DNA of 63,060 nt. It comes from an uncultured archaeon (lineage in GTDB: Archaea; Aenigmatarchaeota; Aenigmatarchaeia; PWEA01; JAGHBM01). How positions within the stretch are numbered: the stretch's first letter is position 1; each line of letters begins with the position of its first letter. Below, piece by piece: positions 17,997 through 27,860 of this stretch. The stretch spans positions 52,722 through 115,781 of the forward strand of contig CAZOZN010000001.1 in the NCBI GenBank assembly GCA_964584335.1, written 5' to 3'. The position numbers and the translations under genes were made by a program. Below the pieces are notes generated by a model. That model was not told the DNA's origin. It searched no databases and was given only the letters and a program-made list of their open reading frames with translations.

Positions 17997-19301
17997 GTGG
18001 TAAAAATGTCTTCTCCAAATGAAGTCATACCATACACGAGGATCGATCAAGTAATTGAAGTAATAAAAGGTCTGTCTAATAAACCTCAATCGATAAGAAG
18101 TATTAGCTCAGTTGTCAATATAGGAAAAAGTAATATAAAAAATACATTACCAACACTTGTAATTTTAGATTTTGTTGTATATGATAAAGGTAATGTAAAT
18201 CTAACAGAAACAGGTTCGAAAATGAGGTCCGCACTTCTCTCTGAAAATGAAGGGGAAGCAAAAAAAATACTAAGAAACAAGATTGGAAATGTTGATCCAC
18301 TTGTCTTTGTAAAAGAACTTCTTGATAAAGAAAAAAGTGTTTCTATTGATGAGATTGGCAAAAAGTTGGCTTTAAAGTACAATAAAAATTGGGAACATCC
18401 TTTAACAAGAAAAACTTATGCAGCAGCATGTGCAAGTATCGTATCATATGCAGGTTATGGAATTTATGAAGGTGGTGTGTTAAGAATAGGCGAAGGCAAA
18501 ATTAGACAATCAAAGATTGTATTACCTTCTGTCACATATAAAAAAATATTAAAGATAATAGATGCGATTTACAAACTCAAAAAAGCTACATTAGATGAAA
18601 TTTCTAAGAAAACAAACACAAGTAAAAGTAGACTCGTTTCGGAATTATCAACTTGTGAGGAACTTAAACTCGTTAATAGGTTGGCAAGAGGTTATTATAA
18701 AGTCACCGAGTTGGGAGTGAAATTAGTTAATCCTTTAGAACAAAAGAATCAAGAAAAAAATTTCAGAAAAGCTCTATTGGAAAGTCGATATATAGAAATA
18801 ATTTCCAAACTTGATGGAGATTTTGATTCGAAATGGCTTGGAAAAATATTATCACACTTTTTTGGCGGTGACTGGGGTGAAAGTACCCAATTAGCATTTG
18901 GTAAAAAATTCACGAATCTGTTAAAATATGCGGGTCTTCTCGATAAGAAAAAACAAGGTAAATACTCAATAAAAGAGGGCGTTATAACTGTTGAATCTGA
19001 TACTGATCGAAAGGAATTTGTAGCAAAAAAGAAAATCATGGTGAAAGAGGAATTTAACGAAGAAATGATGAAGTATTATGAACTTGGAAAAATATCAGGA
19101 TTAATCATGGGAAAGGAAGAGGAAAGGGAAATAGATGAACGAGATATAGACAATCTGATACAATTTTGCACGCAAAATGAAAAATTTAATTCAGTAACCG
19201 AGCTAATAGAAGATCATAAGAGGCTCTTCAAAACTATACAGGATAGTAGGATTTTCATTGGAGATTTAAAACTACTTGAAAAAATTTTAAAGAGTGATTA
19301 A
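17997..19301 (+). CDS. Protein with two tandem-wHTH units (AAA_assoc_C-like by recollection) and a helical C-terminus
   Basis: Internal duplication: IPYTRI...NLTETG...W...SYAGY versus LPSVTY...KVTELG...W...KYAGL. Confidence 0.7.
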   Translation: MVKMSSPNEVIPYTRIDQVIEVIKGLSNKPQSIRSISSVVNIGKSNIKNTLPTLVILDFVVYDKGNVNLTETGSKMRSALLSENEGEAKKILRNKIGNVDPLVFVKELLDKEKSVSIDEIGKKLALKYNKNWEHPLTRKTYAAACASIVSYAGYGIYEGGVLRIGEGKIRQSKIVLPSVTYKKILKIIDAIYKLKKATLDEISKKTNTSKSRLVSELSTCEELKLVNRLARGYYKVTELGVKLVNPLEQKNQEKNFRKALLESRYIEIISKLDGDFDSKWLGKILSHFFGGDWGESTQLAFGKKFTNLLKYAGLLDKKKQGKYSIKEGVITVESDTDRKEFVAKKKIMVKEEFNEEMMKYYELGKISGLIMGKEEEREIDERDIDNLIQFCTQNEKFNSVTELIEDHKRLFKTIQDSRIFIGDLKLLEKILKSD

Positions 19302-20042
19302 ATGACAGAAGAAAAAACTCAAAAGAAAAAGAAGATAAAAAGCAAATATTCACTACCAAGTCCAAATTTAAAAATAGAAACACAACTTGAGGTCTTAAAA
19401 GGTTATTGTATCGCAAGTGACTATGGACAAAAAGGTGTTAGATATACAGATGTTTCAAAATTTGTATCTGTTGCAAAGCCAAACATAAGCGGTTGTAACA
19501 AATTTTTTGAATCAATAAGGTTCCTTAAAAAAGATGATAATCGAGGTAAATACATTCCTTCTGATGAAGCAATAGACTGGTGTAAAAAACAAGAGTGGGA
19601 TAAAGAAAATGCGAAGAATAGTTTAAAACCACTAATCGAGAAATCATGGTTTGGAGAATTTTCAAAGAAATTAATTTCTATAGGTCCGAAATCCAAGGAT
19701 GAACTGATTGCTAAACTGGGGGAAGAAGCTGAGGCATCCAAAGACGATGAATCATCCCTAAACCATATTGTTGACTATTTGATGGATTTTAATATAATAA
19801 CTGAAAAAGAAGAAAAAATATTTCTTACGAATAAAATTAAAACTGAAAAAACTAATCCTAAAAAAGACACTGGGACCATTCATTCTCCAGTAACCCAAGT
19901 TGAAATGGACAAAACCACCAAAGAATATCAGCTAAATTTTACAATTGGAATAAATATCTCCCCAGATATGGCAGAAAAAGATATCAGAAAATGTGTTCGA
20001 ATCGTATTAGACGAAATAAATAAGGTGAATAACGATAAATGA
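19302..20042 (+). CDS. Tandem-wHTH protein with a linker and small C-terminal domain (DUF5343-like by recollection)
   Basis: LPSPNL...GKYIPSDEA...LIEKSWF...YLMDFNII; C-terminal LNFTIGINISPD. Its ATG abuts the upstream stop. Confidence 0.65.
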   Translation: MTEEKTQKKKKIKSKYSLPSPNLKIETQLEVLKGYCIASDYGQKGVRYTDVSKFVSVAKPNISGCNKFFESIRFLKKDDNRGKYIPSDEAIDWCKKQEWDKENAKNSLKPLIEKSWFGEFSKKLISIGPKSKDELIAKLGEEAEASKDDESSLNHIVDYLMDFNIITEKEEKIFLTNKIKTEKTNPKKDTGTIHSPVTQVEMDKTTKEYQLNFTIGINISPDMAEKDIRKCVRIVLDEINKVNNDK

Positions 20043-20995
20043 CCATCAACAAATTCAACATTATAAAAGAACCTTGGAGTAAATGCGAGGATGTATTAAT
20101 CGGCAGTGTTGAAGGAAATTTACCAGAATCAAAGTCGATTATTGATTTCCTAAGTGAAATTAATTTTATGGAAGATAAAAAACTAACTCACCAGGGAGAG
20201 GAATATTATAAACAAAAATATATCTTCAAAGACAAAGAAAAATCAAGAGATATACTTTCAGAAGTATTAAAAAAATATGAACCAGTTCAGTTGATTTGTC
20301 AGCTGTTATGGGGTAAGGATAATCTAACAAAAGAAAGTATCTATAATTTACTACTTTTAAAAAAATATATAAATCATGATTTCAAACCTTCAGATTTGGG
20401 CAGCTTTCTTATGCTTCTAAATCAATGTAGAATTATCAAATATAGTAAAAAATATGATAAAATTGCAATAAGATACAATCCTAAAATTGATAATAGAGAT
20501 ATAACTTCTAAGAGATTCTTATCTCCTCAAACTCCATATACAAACATAAAAAGTTTATGGGATACACTCAGAGATTGTAATGACTATATATGGTGGTTCG
20601 ATAAACATTTTAGTAAAAAGGGTTTAGAACCTTTATCTGAGGCTGTGGATGGAAAAAAAATTAGAGAAATAAAAATTCTTACGGGATTGACAAACAATAT
20701 CCATGATAAATTCAAGAAAGATTATTATAGATTTCAGAAAGAAATGGAAAATAAGGGTATTAAGTTAGAGATGCGGGTTATTTGTGATAAAAACATTCTT
20801 CAGAAGATTCATGATAGATGGATAATATCAAAAAATCGTTGTTTTAAGGTCCCTCCTATAAATTCAATTTATCAAAACCAATATTCAGAGATTAACACAA
20901 CTGTAAATAAACCACCATTTAACGATTGGTGGAAAAATGGTTATGATATCCTAAAAAAATGGTCGGAAATAGAAAGAGAATTAACTAAGAAATGA
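20039..20995 (+). CDS. wHTH domain fused to a PLD-superfamily (HDR-type) putative nuclease
   Basis: N-terminal KLTHQG wing; C-terminal IWWFDKHF, IKILT and KIHDRWIIS motifs; ATGA overlap with the upstream gene. Confidence 0.7.
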   Translation: MTINKFNIIKEPWSKCEDVLIGSVEGNLPESKSIIDFLSEINFMEDKKLTHQGEEYYKQKYIFKDKEKSRDILSEVLKKYEPVQLICQLLWGKDNLTKESIYNLLLLKKYINHDFKPSDLGSFLMLLNQCRIIKYSKKYDKIAIRYNPKIDNRDITSKRFLSPQTPYTNIKSLWDTLRDCNDYIWWFDKHFSKKGLEPLSEAVDGKKIREIKILTGLTNNIHDKFKKDYYRFQKEMENKGIKLEMRVICDKNILQKIHDRWIISKNRCFKVPPINSIYQNQYSEINTTVNKPPFNDWWKNGYDILKKWSEIERELTKK

Positions 20996-21134
20996 TTTAT
21001 TTTATAAATATAAGTTTAAACGAAATAACACTTTTATTTTTAGCATTCCTATCTTGTAATGAAAATCCCAAAATATAAGTGGAAAAACATAATACATGTC
21101 TCATCTCCATTTAATTTGGGAAAGGAGGGATTAC

Positions 21135-22670
21135 ATGACCAAAAACAATTCAAACGGAGCAAATCTGGGTTTTGAAAAGAAACTCTGGGCAGCGGCAGAC
21201 AAAATGCGTAACAACATGGATGCTGCCGAGTACAAGCATGTAGTTTTAGGTTTGATATTTTTAAAGTATATTTCTGACAGTTTCGAGACTGTTTACAAAG
21301 AATTGAAGAATGATCCGGAAAGCTTAGGTCCTGAAGACAGGGACGAATATCAGGCAAGAAGGGTTTTTTGGGTCCCGAAAGTCGCAAGATGGGCTTATAT
21401 TCAGGATCGAGCAAAACAGCCAGAGATTGGAAAGATTATTGATGATGCAATGGAGGCTATTGAAAAAGATAATTCATCTCTAAAAGGTGTTCTTCCTAAA
21501 AATTATGCCAGACCTTCTTTAGATAAAAGAAGGCTCGGTGAGCTGATTGACCTTATCGGCACCATCGGACTTGGTGATGAGGAAAGCAAAAAGAAGGACA
21601 TTTTGGGCAGAGTATATGAATACTTTTTGGGAGAATTTGCTGACGCTGAAGGAAAGAAAGGTGGGCAGTTCTATACTCCTAGAAGCATTGTAAGATTGCT
21701 TGTTGAGATGATTGAACCTTACAAAGGTCGTGTTTTTGATCCCTGCTGTGGTTCTGGAGGGATGTTCGTTCAGAGTGAAAAGTTCGTAAAAGAGCATCAG
21801 GGACGAATTGATGACGTTTCAATTTATGGTCAAGAGAGTAACCCCACAACATGGAGATTATGTAAAATGAATCTTTCAATCAGAGGGATTGAGAGTAAAC
21901 AGATAAAACAGGGAGATTCTTTCCACAATGACCAACATAAGGATTTGAAATCAGATTTTATTCTTGCCAACCCGCCATTTAATGATTCTGATTGGCGAGG
22001 TCAGCTTTTGCGTGATGATGTAAGGTGGAGATATGGTGAACCACCTAAAGGTAATGCGAATTTCGCATGGGTCCAACATTTCATTCATCATTTGGCACCG
22101 AATGGTATTGCTGGATTTGTTTTAGCAAATGGATCTCTGAGCTCTAAAACTTCTGGAGAAGGAGACATCCGTAAAAACATTGTTGAAGCAGATTTGGTAG
22201 ATTGTATTGTAGCTCTTCCCTCACAATTATTTTATAATACAATGATTCCAGCATGCCTTTGGTTTGTTACTCGTGATAAAAAGAATAATAAATTTAGGAA
22301 TAGAAGCGGCGAAGTTCTTTTCATTGATGCAAGAAAAATGGGAAAACTGGTTGATCGAAGACACAGAATACTTGAAAAAGACGATATTGAGAAGATTTCA
22401 GAGACATATCATGCTTGGAGAGGAGAGGGTGGTAAATATGAAGACATTCCTGGTTTTTGCAATAGTGTAAATTTGAATGAGATTAGAAAACATGGACATA
22501 TGCTTACTCCGGGGAGGTATGTTGGATTTGAAGAAGAGGAAGACGACGGAATACCCTTCGATGAGAAAATGAGAGATCTGACTTCACAACTTAAAGGACA
22601 AATGGAAGAGGGAAAGAAACTGGACGAACAAATAAAAATTAATCTTAAGGTTGTTGGATATGAATTATAA
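21135..22670 (+). CDS. hsdM: Type I R-M methyltransferase subunit
   Basis: [29 protein letters not shown]; AGGAGG RBS before ATG 21135. Confidence 0.97.
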   Translation: MTKNNSNGANLGFEKKLWAAADKMRNNMDAAEYKHVVLGLIFLKYISDSFETVYKELKNDPESLGPEDRDEYQARRVFWVPKVARWAYIQDRAKQPEIGKIIDDAMEAIEKDNSSLKGVLPKNYARPSLDKRRLGELIDLIGTIGLGDEESKKKDILGRVYEYFLGEFADAEGKKGGQFYTPRSIVRLLVEMIEPYKGRVFDPCCGSGGMFVQSEKFVKEHQGRIDDVSIYGQESNPTTWRLCKMNLSIRGIESKQIKQGDSFHNDQHKDLKSDFILANPPFNDSDWRGQLLRDDVRWRYGEPPKGNANFAWVQHFIHHLAPNGIAGFVLANGSLSSKTSGEGDIRKNIVEADLVDCIVALPSQLFYNTMIPACLWFVTRDKKNNKFRNRSGEVLFIDARKMGKLVDRRHRILEKDDIEKISETYHAWRGEGGKYEDIPGFCNSVNLNEIRKHGHMLTPGRYVGFEEEEDDGIPFDEKMRDLTSQLKGQMEEGKKLDEQIKINLKVVGYEL

Positions 22671-23199
22671 AGATTTAATTAATAATTGGCATCATAAAGC
22701 CACGGAAGAAGATTATTTTTCCAAATATGTATTTGAATATCTAGCTTTCATAGCTTATCTGAAAACTCAACTATTTGGTAGTGATAATACCGACCGCAGT
22801 GTTATTCAAACATTAAAACAGAATAATAAAATTAAAGAAAAATACCTTAAAAAAATACAAAAAAATCCTGAACTTAGAAATGATTGGGAATTGATTAAAA
22901 ATGAATTAGACCAAACGAGATTGGGAAATGTTTCACGAAATTTAAATTCAGTTCAGGAAATCAAATGGTGGAATTGCTCTCACAATAACTTGTCTGAACA
23001 AACACAAGAAGAAGAGGAAAAATTAAAGGGGGTTATTCACTCCTTAGAAGATTGGGAAAATATGGTGGAATTTTGGTATAGTATTCGAAACAATCTTTTT
23101 CATGGTGCCAAGAATCCCGAAAATGAACGAGATCAATTTGCCGTAAAATACGGTTACAGCACATTAAAGGAATTAATGGTGATTCTTTTAAATGAATAA
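22660..23199 (+). CDS. HEPN-domain putative RNase inserted between hsdM and hsdS
   Basis: All-helical protein with IRNNLFHG (RxxxxH) motif; overlaps both neighbours. Confidence 0.75.
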   Translation: MNYKDLINNWHHKATEEDYFSKYVFEYLAFIAYLKTQLFGSDNTDRSVIQTLKQNNKIKEKYLKKIQKNPELRNDWELIKNELDQTRLGNVSRNLNSVQEIKWWNCSHNNLSEQTQEEEEKLKGVIHSLEDWENMVEFWYSIRNNLFHGAKNPENERDQFAVKYGYSTLKELMVILLNE

Positions 23200-24466
23200 T
23201 AATAAATTCAAGCGATCTGAAATAGGGATGATCCCTGAAGATTGGGAAATAAAAAAAATTAAAGATTTAGTTAGAATAAATGAATTAGGAATAAATAAGA
23301 ATTATTTAGAAAATATGATAGAATATATTGATATTTCATCAGTAGATAAAGGTAGGTTAATTGGAACTCAACATTTTAAATTACTAGACGCCCCAAGTAG
23401 GGCAAAAAGAATTGTTAGAGACAATGATATATTAATTTCAACTGTAAGACCTAATTTAAAACATTTCTATTTTGTGAAGAAATCTAAAAAAAATCTTGTG
23501 GCATCAACTGGTTTTGCAGTTATTACTTCGAAAACAATAGATCCAAAATTTCTTTATTATTATTTAACAACAGATAGATATACTGAATATTTAACAGCTA
23601 TTGCTGATGTGCATACTTCAACTTATCCGTCATATAATCCAGATATAATTGAGAATTCTTTTTGTCCTTATCCCAGAATAGAGGAACAAAAAGTCATAGC
23701 AAAAATCCTTTCAGACCTTGATTCTAAAATCGAAATTAACCAAAAAATGAACGATACTCTTGAAGCTATTGGTCAAGCTCTTTTTAAACACTGGTTTATC
23801 GATTTTGAATTTCCTAATGATGCGGGTAAACCATACAAATCAAGCGGCGGGGAAATGGTTTACTCAGAGGGAGTGGATAAGCAAATCCCTAAAGGTTGGA
23901 CAATTATAACAATGAAAGATTTATCTGATTTGATGATGGGAGTTTCCCCGAAGAGTTCCACTTATAATGAAAATATGGATGGTATGCCGTTGTTAAATGG
24001 AGCTGCAGATTTTAGTAATGACATGTTTCAACCAAGAAAGTATACAACTAATCCTATAAGAATTTCTAAAATTGGAGATCTTATTTTTTGTATAAGAGCC
24101 ACTATTGGTAATCTAACAATCGCCGATAAAAAATATTGTTTAGGGCGGGGTGTTTCTGCATTAACCCCCAAATCTGAAAAATATACTGAATTTATTTATT
24201 ATCACTTAAAAAGACTATTTGATTTGCTTATCTCACAAGCTGCAGGAAGTGTTATTCTTGGATTATCTAAACCTGATATAGAAGAAATAAAACTTCCATT
24301 ACCTAAGGATGGGATAGTTGATAATTATCATAAAATTATTAATCCTCTCTTTATTAAAAAAAATTCAATATTGAAAGAAAATATAACATTATCGCAAATT
24401 AGAGATACACTTCTCCCAAAACTTATGTCGGGCCAGATAAGAGTCCCGGTTGAGGAGGTCAGTTGA
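23192..24466 (+). CDS. hsdS: Type I R-M specificity subunit
   Basis: IPEDW and IPKGW repeats, PSRAKR, EQKVIAKILSDLDSKI, RDTLLPKLMSG. Confidence 0.97.
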   Translation: MNNNKFKRSEIGMIPEDWEIKKIKDLVRINELGINKNYLENMIEYIDISSVDKGRLIGTQHFKLLDAPSRAKRIVRDNDILISTVRPNLKHFYFVKKSKKNLVASTGFAVITSKTIDPKFLYYYLTTDRYTEYLTAIADVHTSTYPSYNPDIIENSFCPYPRIEEQKVIAKILSDLDSKIEINQKMNDTLEAIGQALFKHWFIDFEFPNDAGKPYKSSGGEMVYSEGVDKQIPKGWTIITMKDLSDLMMGVSPKSSTYNENMDGMPLLNGAADFSNDMFQPRKYTTNPIRISKIGDLIFCIRATIGNLTIADKKYCLGRGVSALTPKSEKYTEFIYYHLKRLFDLLISQAAGSVILGLSKPDIEEIKLPLPKDGIVDNYHKIINPLFIKKNSILKENITLSQIRDTLLPKLMSGQIRVPVEEVS

Positions 24467-27400
24467 ATGTCATTTATTGTTGAACAGGACATCGAAAATG
24501 CGGCCCTTGAGATATTGCAGGATTTGGGTTATGAGATAGTTCACGGACCTAATATCGCTCCGGATGGGGAAATTCCCTTGAGGGAAGACTGGGGTCAAGT
24601 CGTTTTGAAAAGCCGTCTTGAAAATACCATCCGTAAGATTAATCCATCATTGAAGGACGACTGGATAGATGAAGCAATAAAGAAAGTGATAAGGACATCC
24701 AGCCACAAGACAATTGTAAACAATGAAAAGTTTCACGATTTCCTTGTAAACGGAGTTGAAATTGAAGTAAGAGATAAGGGAAGAATAAAAGGAATCATCG
24801 TAAATCTCTTTGACTTTGAGAATCCTGAAAAAAACGACTTCATGGCTGTCAACCAATTCACGATTGTAGAGGAAAAACACAACAGAAGACCTGATATCCT
24901 GCTTTTCATAAACGGACTGCCCGTTGGTTTGATTGAGTTAAAAAACCCTGCTTCTGAAAAAGCAACCGTAAAATCAGCATTCAGACAAATCCAGACATAT
25001 CTTGAAGAAATACCAAGCGTATTTTCACACAATGAGTTTATCATTATTGCAGACGGGACAGAAGCGAAAGTCGGAACATTGACCTCACCATGGGAATGGT
25101 TCCTGCCTTGGAGAACCATTGATGGCAAGAAAAGAGCCCCTAAAACTGTTCCTCAGCTGGAAATCGTTCTCAAAGGTATGTGCAACAAGAAAGTCGTTCT
25201 GGATTTGATGAAGAATTTCATCGGTTATGAAAAGACAAAAAAGGACACTAAGAAGATAATAGCAGGTTACCATCAGTACCATGCGGCCAACAAGGCTTTA
25301 AAAGGAACGATGAATGCGGTTGGTGGCAACAGGAAAGTCGGTGTTGTATGGCACACGCAGGGCTCTGGAAAATCATTCACAATGGCATTCTACGTGGGCA
25401 AGATAACGAGAGACCAGAGGATGAAAAATCCCTCTATAGTCTTGCTGACAGACAGAAACGACCTTGACGACCAGCTGTTTAATGTTTTCTCGAACTTAAG
25501 CCAGATTTTCAGGGAAGCCCCAAAGAAAATAGACAACCAGGACGATTTGAAGGAATCGCTCAAAGTATCCTCTGGCGGGATTTTCTTTACAACAATACAG
25601 AAATTCCAGGATAGGAATAGCCCAGAGTTTGAGCTCCTTTCAGAAAGAGAAAACATCATTGTGATTGCTGATGAAGCTCATAGGTCACAATACGGTTTGA
25701 AAGGAAAATTCAACAAAAATAACAAACTACGTTATGGGTATGCAAAGTACATACGAGATGCTCTTCCAAAAGCATCGTTTTTAGGATTCACTGGAACGCC
25801 CATTGACTTATCTGACAGAAGCACCAGAGCAATTTTCGGCAGTTACATTGACGTATATGATATGCATGACGCCATTGAAGACAAGAGGGTTGTTCCGATT
25901 TATTATGAATCAAAACTGGTCAAACTCGGGAAGAATGAGGAAATTTTCAAGCAGCTGGATGAAGACGTTGAGGATGTTACGGAGTTTGAAGAACAAAAAA
26001 GCAAGGAATACCTTAAATCCAAATGGAGCAAGATTGAGGCATTGGTCGGGACCGAAAAAAGAATTGAGACTGTCGCCAAAAATATTGTACGACATTTTGA
26101 ACTGAGACAAAGCGTCCTTGATGGCAAGGCAATTATTGTATGCATGAGCCGGAGAATTTGCGTTGATCTCCATGATGCAATTAGAAAATTAAAACCGGAA
26201 TGGTACCATGAGGACGATGACAAGGGAAAGATGAAGGTCATCATGACCGGCTCCGCTGACGATGGCAAGGAATGGCAGGAACACATAAGAAACAAGAGAA
26301 AAAGAAGGGAGATGGCCGACCTTTTCAAGGATTCAAAATCAGATTTCAAAATTGCAATTGTCAGGGATATGTGGCTCACTGGCTTTGATGTTCCCTCCCT
26401 GAATACTATGTATCTAGACAAACCTATCAGACAACATAACTTGATGCAGGCAATCGCCCGAGTCAACAGAGTGTACAAGGAAAAACCCGGCGGTCTCGTG
26501 GTAGATTTCATAGGGATTGCCGAAGAACTGAAGAAAGCTATAACGATATATTCAGAGAGCGGAGGAGAAGGCCAGCCATCGTACGACATAGACGTGGCAA
26601 TATCCCTGATGCAGGAAAAATATGAAGTCATCCAGAACCTGCTCCATGGCTACTCTTATGAAGAATTCTTTTCAGCCACACCAAAGGAAAAGATGAGAAT
26701 CATCCCGGAAATGATGGACTTCATCCTTAAACAGGAAAAAGGAAAAGAACGGTTTGTCAAGAACACAAGCGCATTAATCCGGGCTCTATCACTTGCAGCG
26801 GCAACACCGGAAGCCCACGACATCAGAGAGGATGCGGCATTGTTCCAGGCAATCGCAAACGCATTCAAGAAAACGGATACTGAAGAATCAAGGAGAACCG
26901 CCCTGACAGACACAGCAATCAAACAGCTTGTTTCAAAGGCCATTGAAACTCATGGAGTTATTGATGTCTATAGGGAACTGGGCGTAGACAAACCCGAAAT
27001 CTCAATTCTATCAGACAGATTCCTCAATGAATTCAAAGATATGAAGTACAAGAATCTAGCCTTTGAAGCACTAAAGAAATTGCTTGCGGATGAGATAAGA
27101 GTCAGATTCCATGATAACAAAGTCAAAAACAGAAAATTCTCCGAAATGCTTGAAGAGGCAATCAGGAAATACCAGAACAGAAGCATTGACTCGGCCCAAG
27201 TCATAAAGGAGCTAGTCGAACTCGCAAAAGAAGTGAGAGAAGCGCAACAAAGAGGAGAAGAATTGGGCCTAACGGATGAAGAAATCGCATTTTACGATGC
27301 TTTAGCGGACAACCAAAGTGCAATAGATGTATTGGGCGAGGACATATTAAAGAAAATTGCAAGAGAATTGACAGAACTAATCAAGAAAAATGCATCAATA

Positions 27401-27553
27401 GACTGGAGATTCAGGGACACGGTTAGGGCAAAACTTAGGGTAATGGTAAAAAGATTATTGAAGAAATATGGCTATCCGCCAGATAAAACTCAGATGGCGA
27501 CCGATTTGGTAATTGAACAGGCGGAATTGTTGTCAGATAAATGGGCTGTATGA
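24467..27553 (+). CDS. hsdR: Type I R-M restriction subunit
   Basis: RRPD...IELK nuclease, HTQGSGKS, DEAHR, FTGTP, QAIARVNR. Confidence 0.97.
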   Translation: MSFIVEQDIENAALEILQDLGYEIVHGPNIAPDGEIPLREDWGQVVLKSRLENTIRKINPSLKDDWIDEAIKKVIRTSSHKTIVNNEKFHDFLVNGVEIEVRDKGRIKGIIVNLFDFENPEKNDFMAVNQFTIVEEKHNRRPDILLFINGLPVGLIELKNPASEKATVKSAFRQIQTYLEEIPSVFSHNEFIIIADGTEAKVGTLTSPWEWFLPWRTIDGKKRAPKTVPQLEIVLKGMCNKKVVLDLMKNFIGYEKTKKDTKKIIAGYHQYHAANKALKGTMNAVGGNRKVGVVWHTQGSGKSFTMAFYVGKITRDQRMKNPSIVLLTDRNDLDDQLFNVFSNLSQIFREAPKKIDNQDDLKESLKVSSGGIFFTTIQKFQDRNSPEFELLSERENIIVIADEAHRSQYGLKGKFNKNNKLRYGYAKYIRDALPKASFLGFTGTPIDLSDRSTRAIFGSYIDVYDMHDAIEDKRVVPIYYESKLVKLGKNEEIFKQLDEDVEDVTEFEEQKSKEYLKSKWSKIEALVGTEKRIETVAKNIVRHFELRQSVLDGKAIIVCMSRRICVDLHDAIRKLKPEWYHEDDDKGKMKVIMTGSADDGKEWQEHIRNKRKRREMADLFKDSKSDFKIAIVRDMWLTGFDVPSLNTMYLDKPIRQHNLMQAIARVNRVYKEKPGGLVVDFIGIAEELKKAITIYSESGGEGQPSYDIDVAISLMQEKYEVIQNLLHGYSYEEFFSATPKEKMRIIPEMMDFILKQEKGKERFVKNTSALIRALSLAAATPEAHDIREDAALFQAIANAFKKTDTEESRRTALTDTAIKQLVSKAIETHGVIDVYRELGVDKPEISILSDRFLNEFKDMKYKNLAFEALKKLLADEIRVRFHDNKVKNRKFSEMLEEAIRKYQNRSIDSAQVIKELVELAKEVREAQQRGEELGLTDEEIAFYDALADNQSAIDVLGEDILKKIARELTELIKKNASIDWRFRDTVRAKLRVMVKRLLKKYGYPPDKTQMATDLVIEQAELLSDKWAV

Positions 27554-27563
27554 GGGAAATAAC

Positions 27564-27860
27564 ATGGTATGGGAAGACACAAAACTTGTTCCTTGTCCGT
27601 TCTGCGATAATGGAACAATTAGGGTAATTCATGTCCCAAAACTAAGGAAGGACAACATTTCCAGCACAGTTGGAGGAAGAAGGGCGAAAACAGGGTCTTC
27701 TAGCGCTGAGAATTATACGGTTTTGGAGGACTGTCCAAACTGTGGAGCACCCTCCAAGAAAATTGAGAAAGCACTTTGTTCCGGTAAGGATTACAAAACA
27801 CCATCGAGAGAAAAAGCTCTTGAACGCATGAGAAAAGCTGGTTTACCTACTAGAATTTAA
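27564..27860 (+). CDS. Small zinc-finger protein
   Basis: CPFC...CPNC; GAGGG RBS. Confidence 0.75.
   Translation: MVWEDTKLVPCPFCDNGTIRVIHVPKLRKDNISSTVGGRRAKTGSSSAENYTVLEDCPNCGAPSKKIEKALCSGKDYKTPSREKALERMRKAGLPTRI

Noticed and set aside
25903-26631. 242-aa antisense ORF and similar long antisense ORFs (e.g. 50695-51465, 49996-50622)
   Set aside because: Ser/Phe/Leu-rich mirror frames of hsdR, mre11 and rad50 caused by codon bias.
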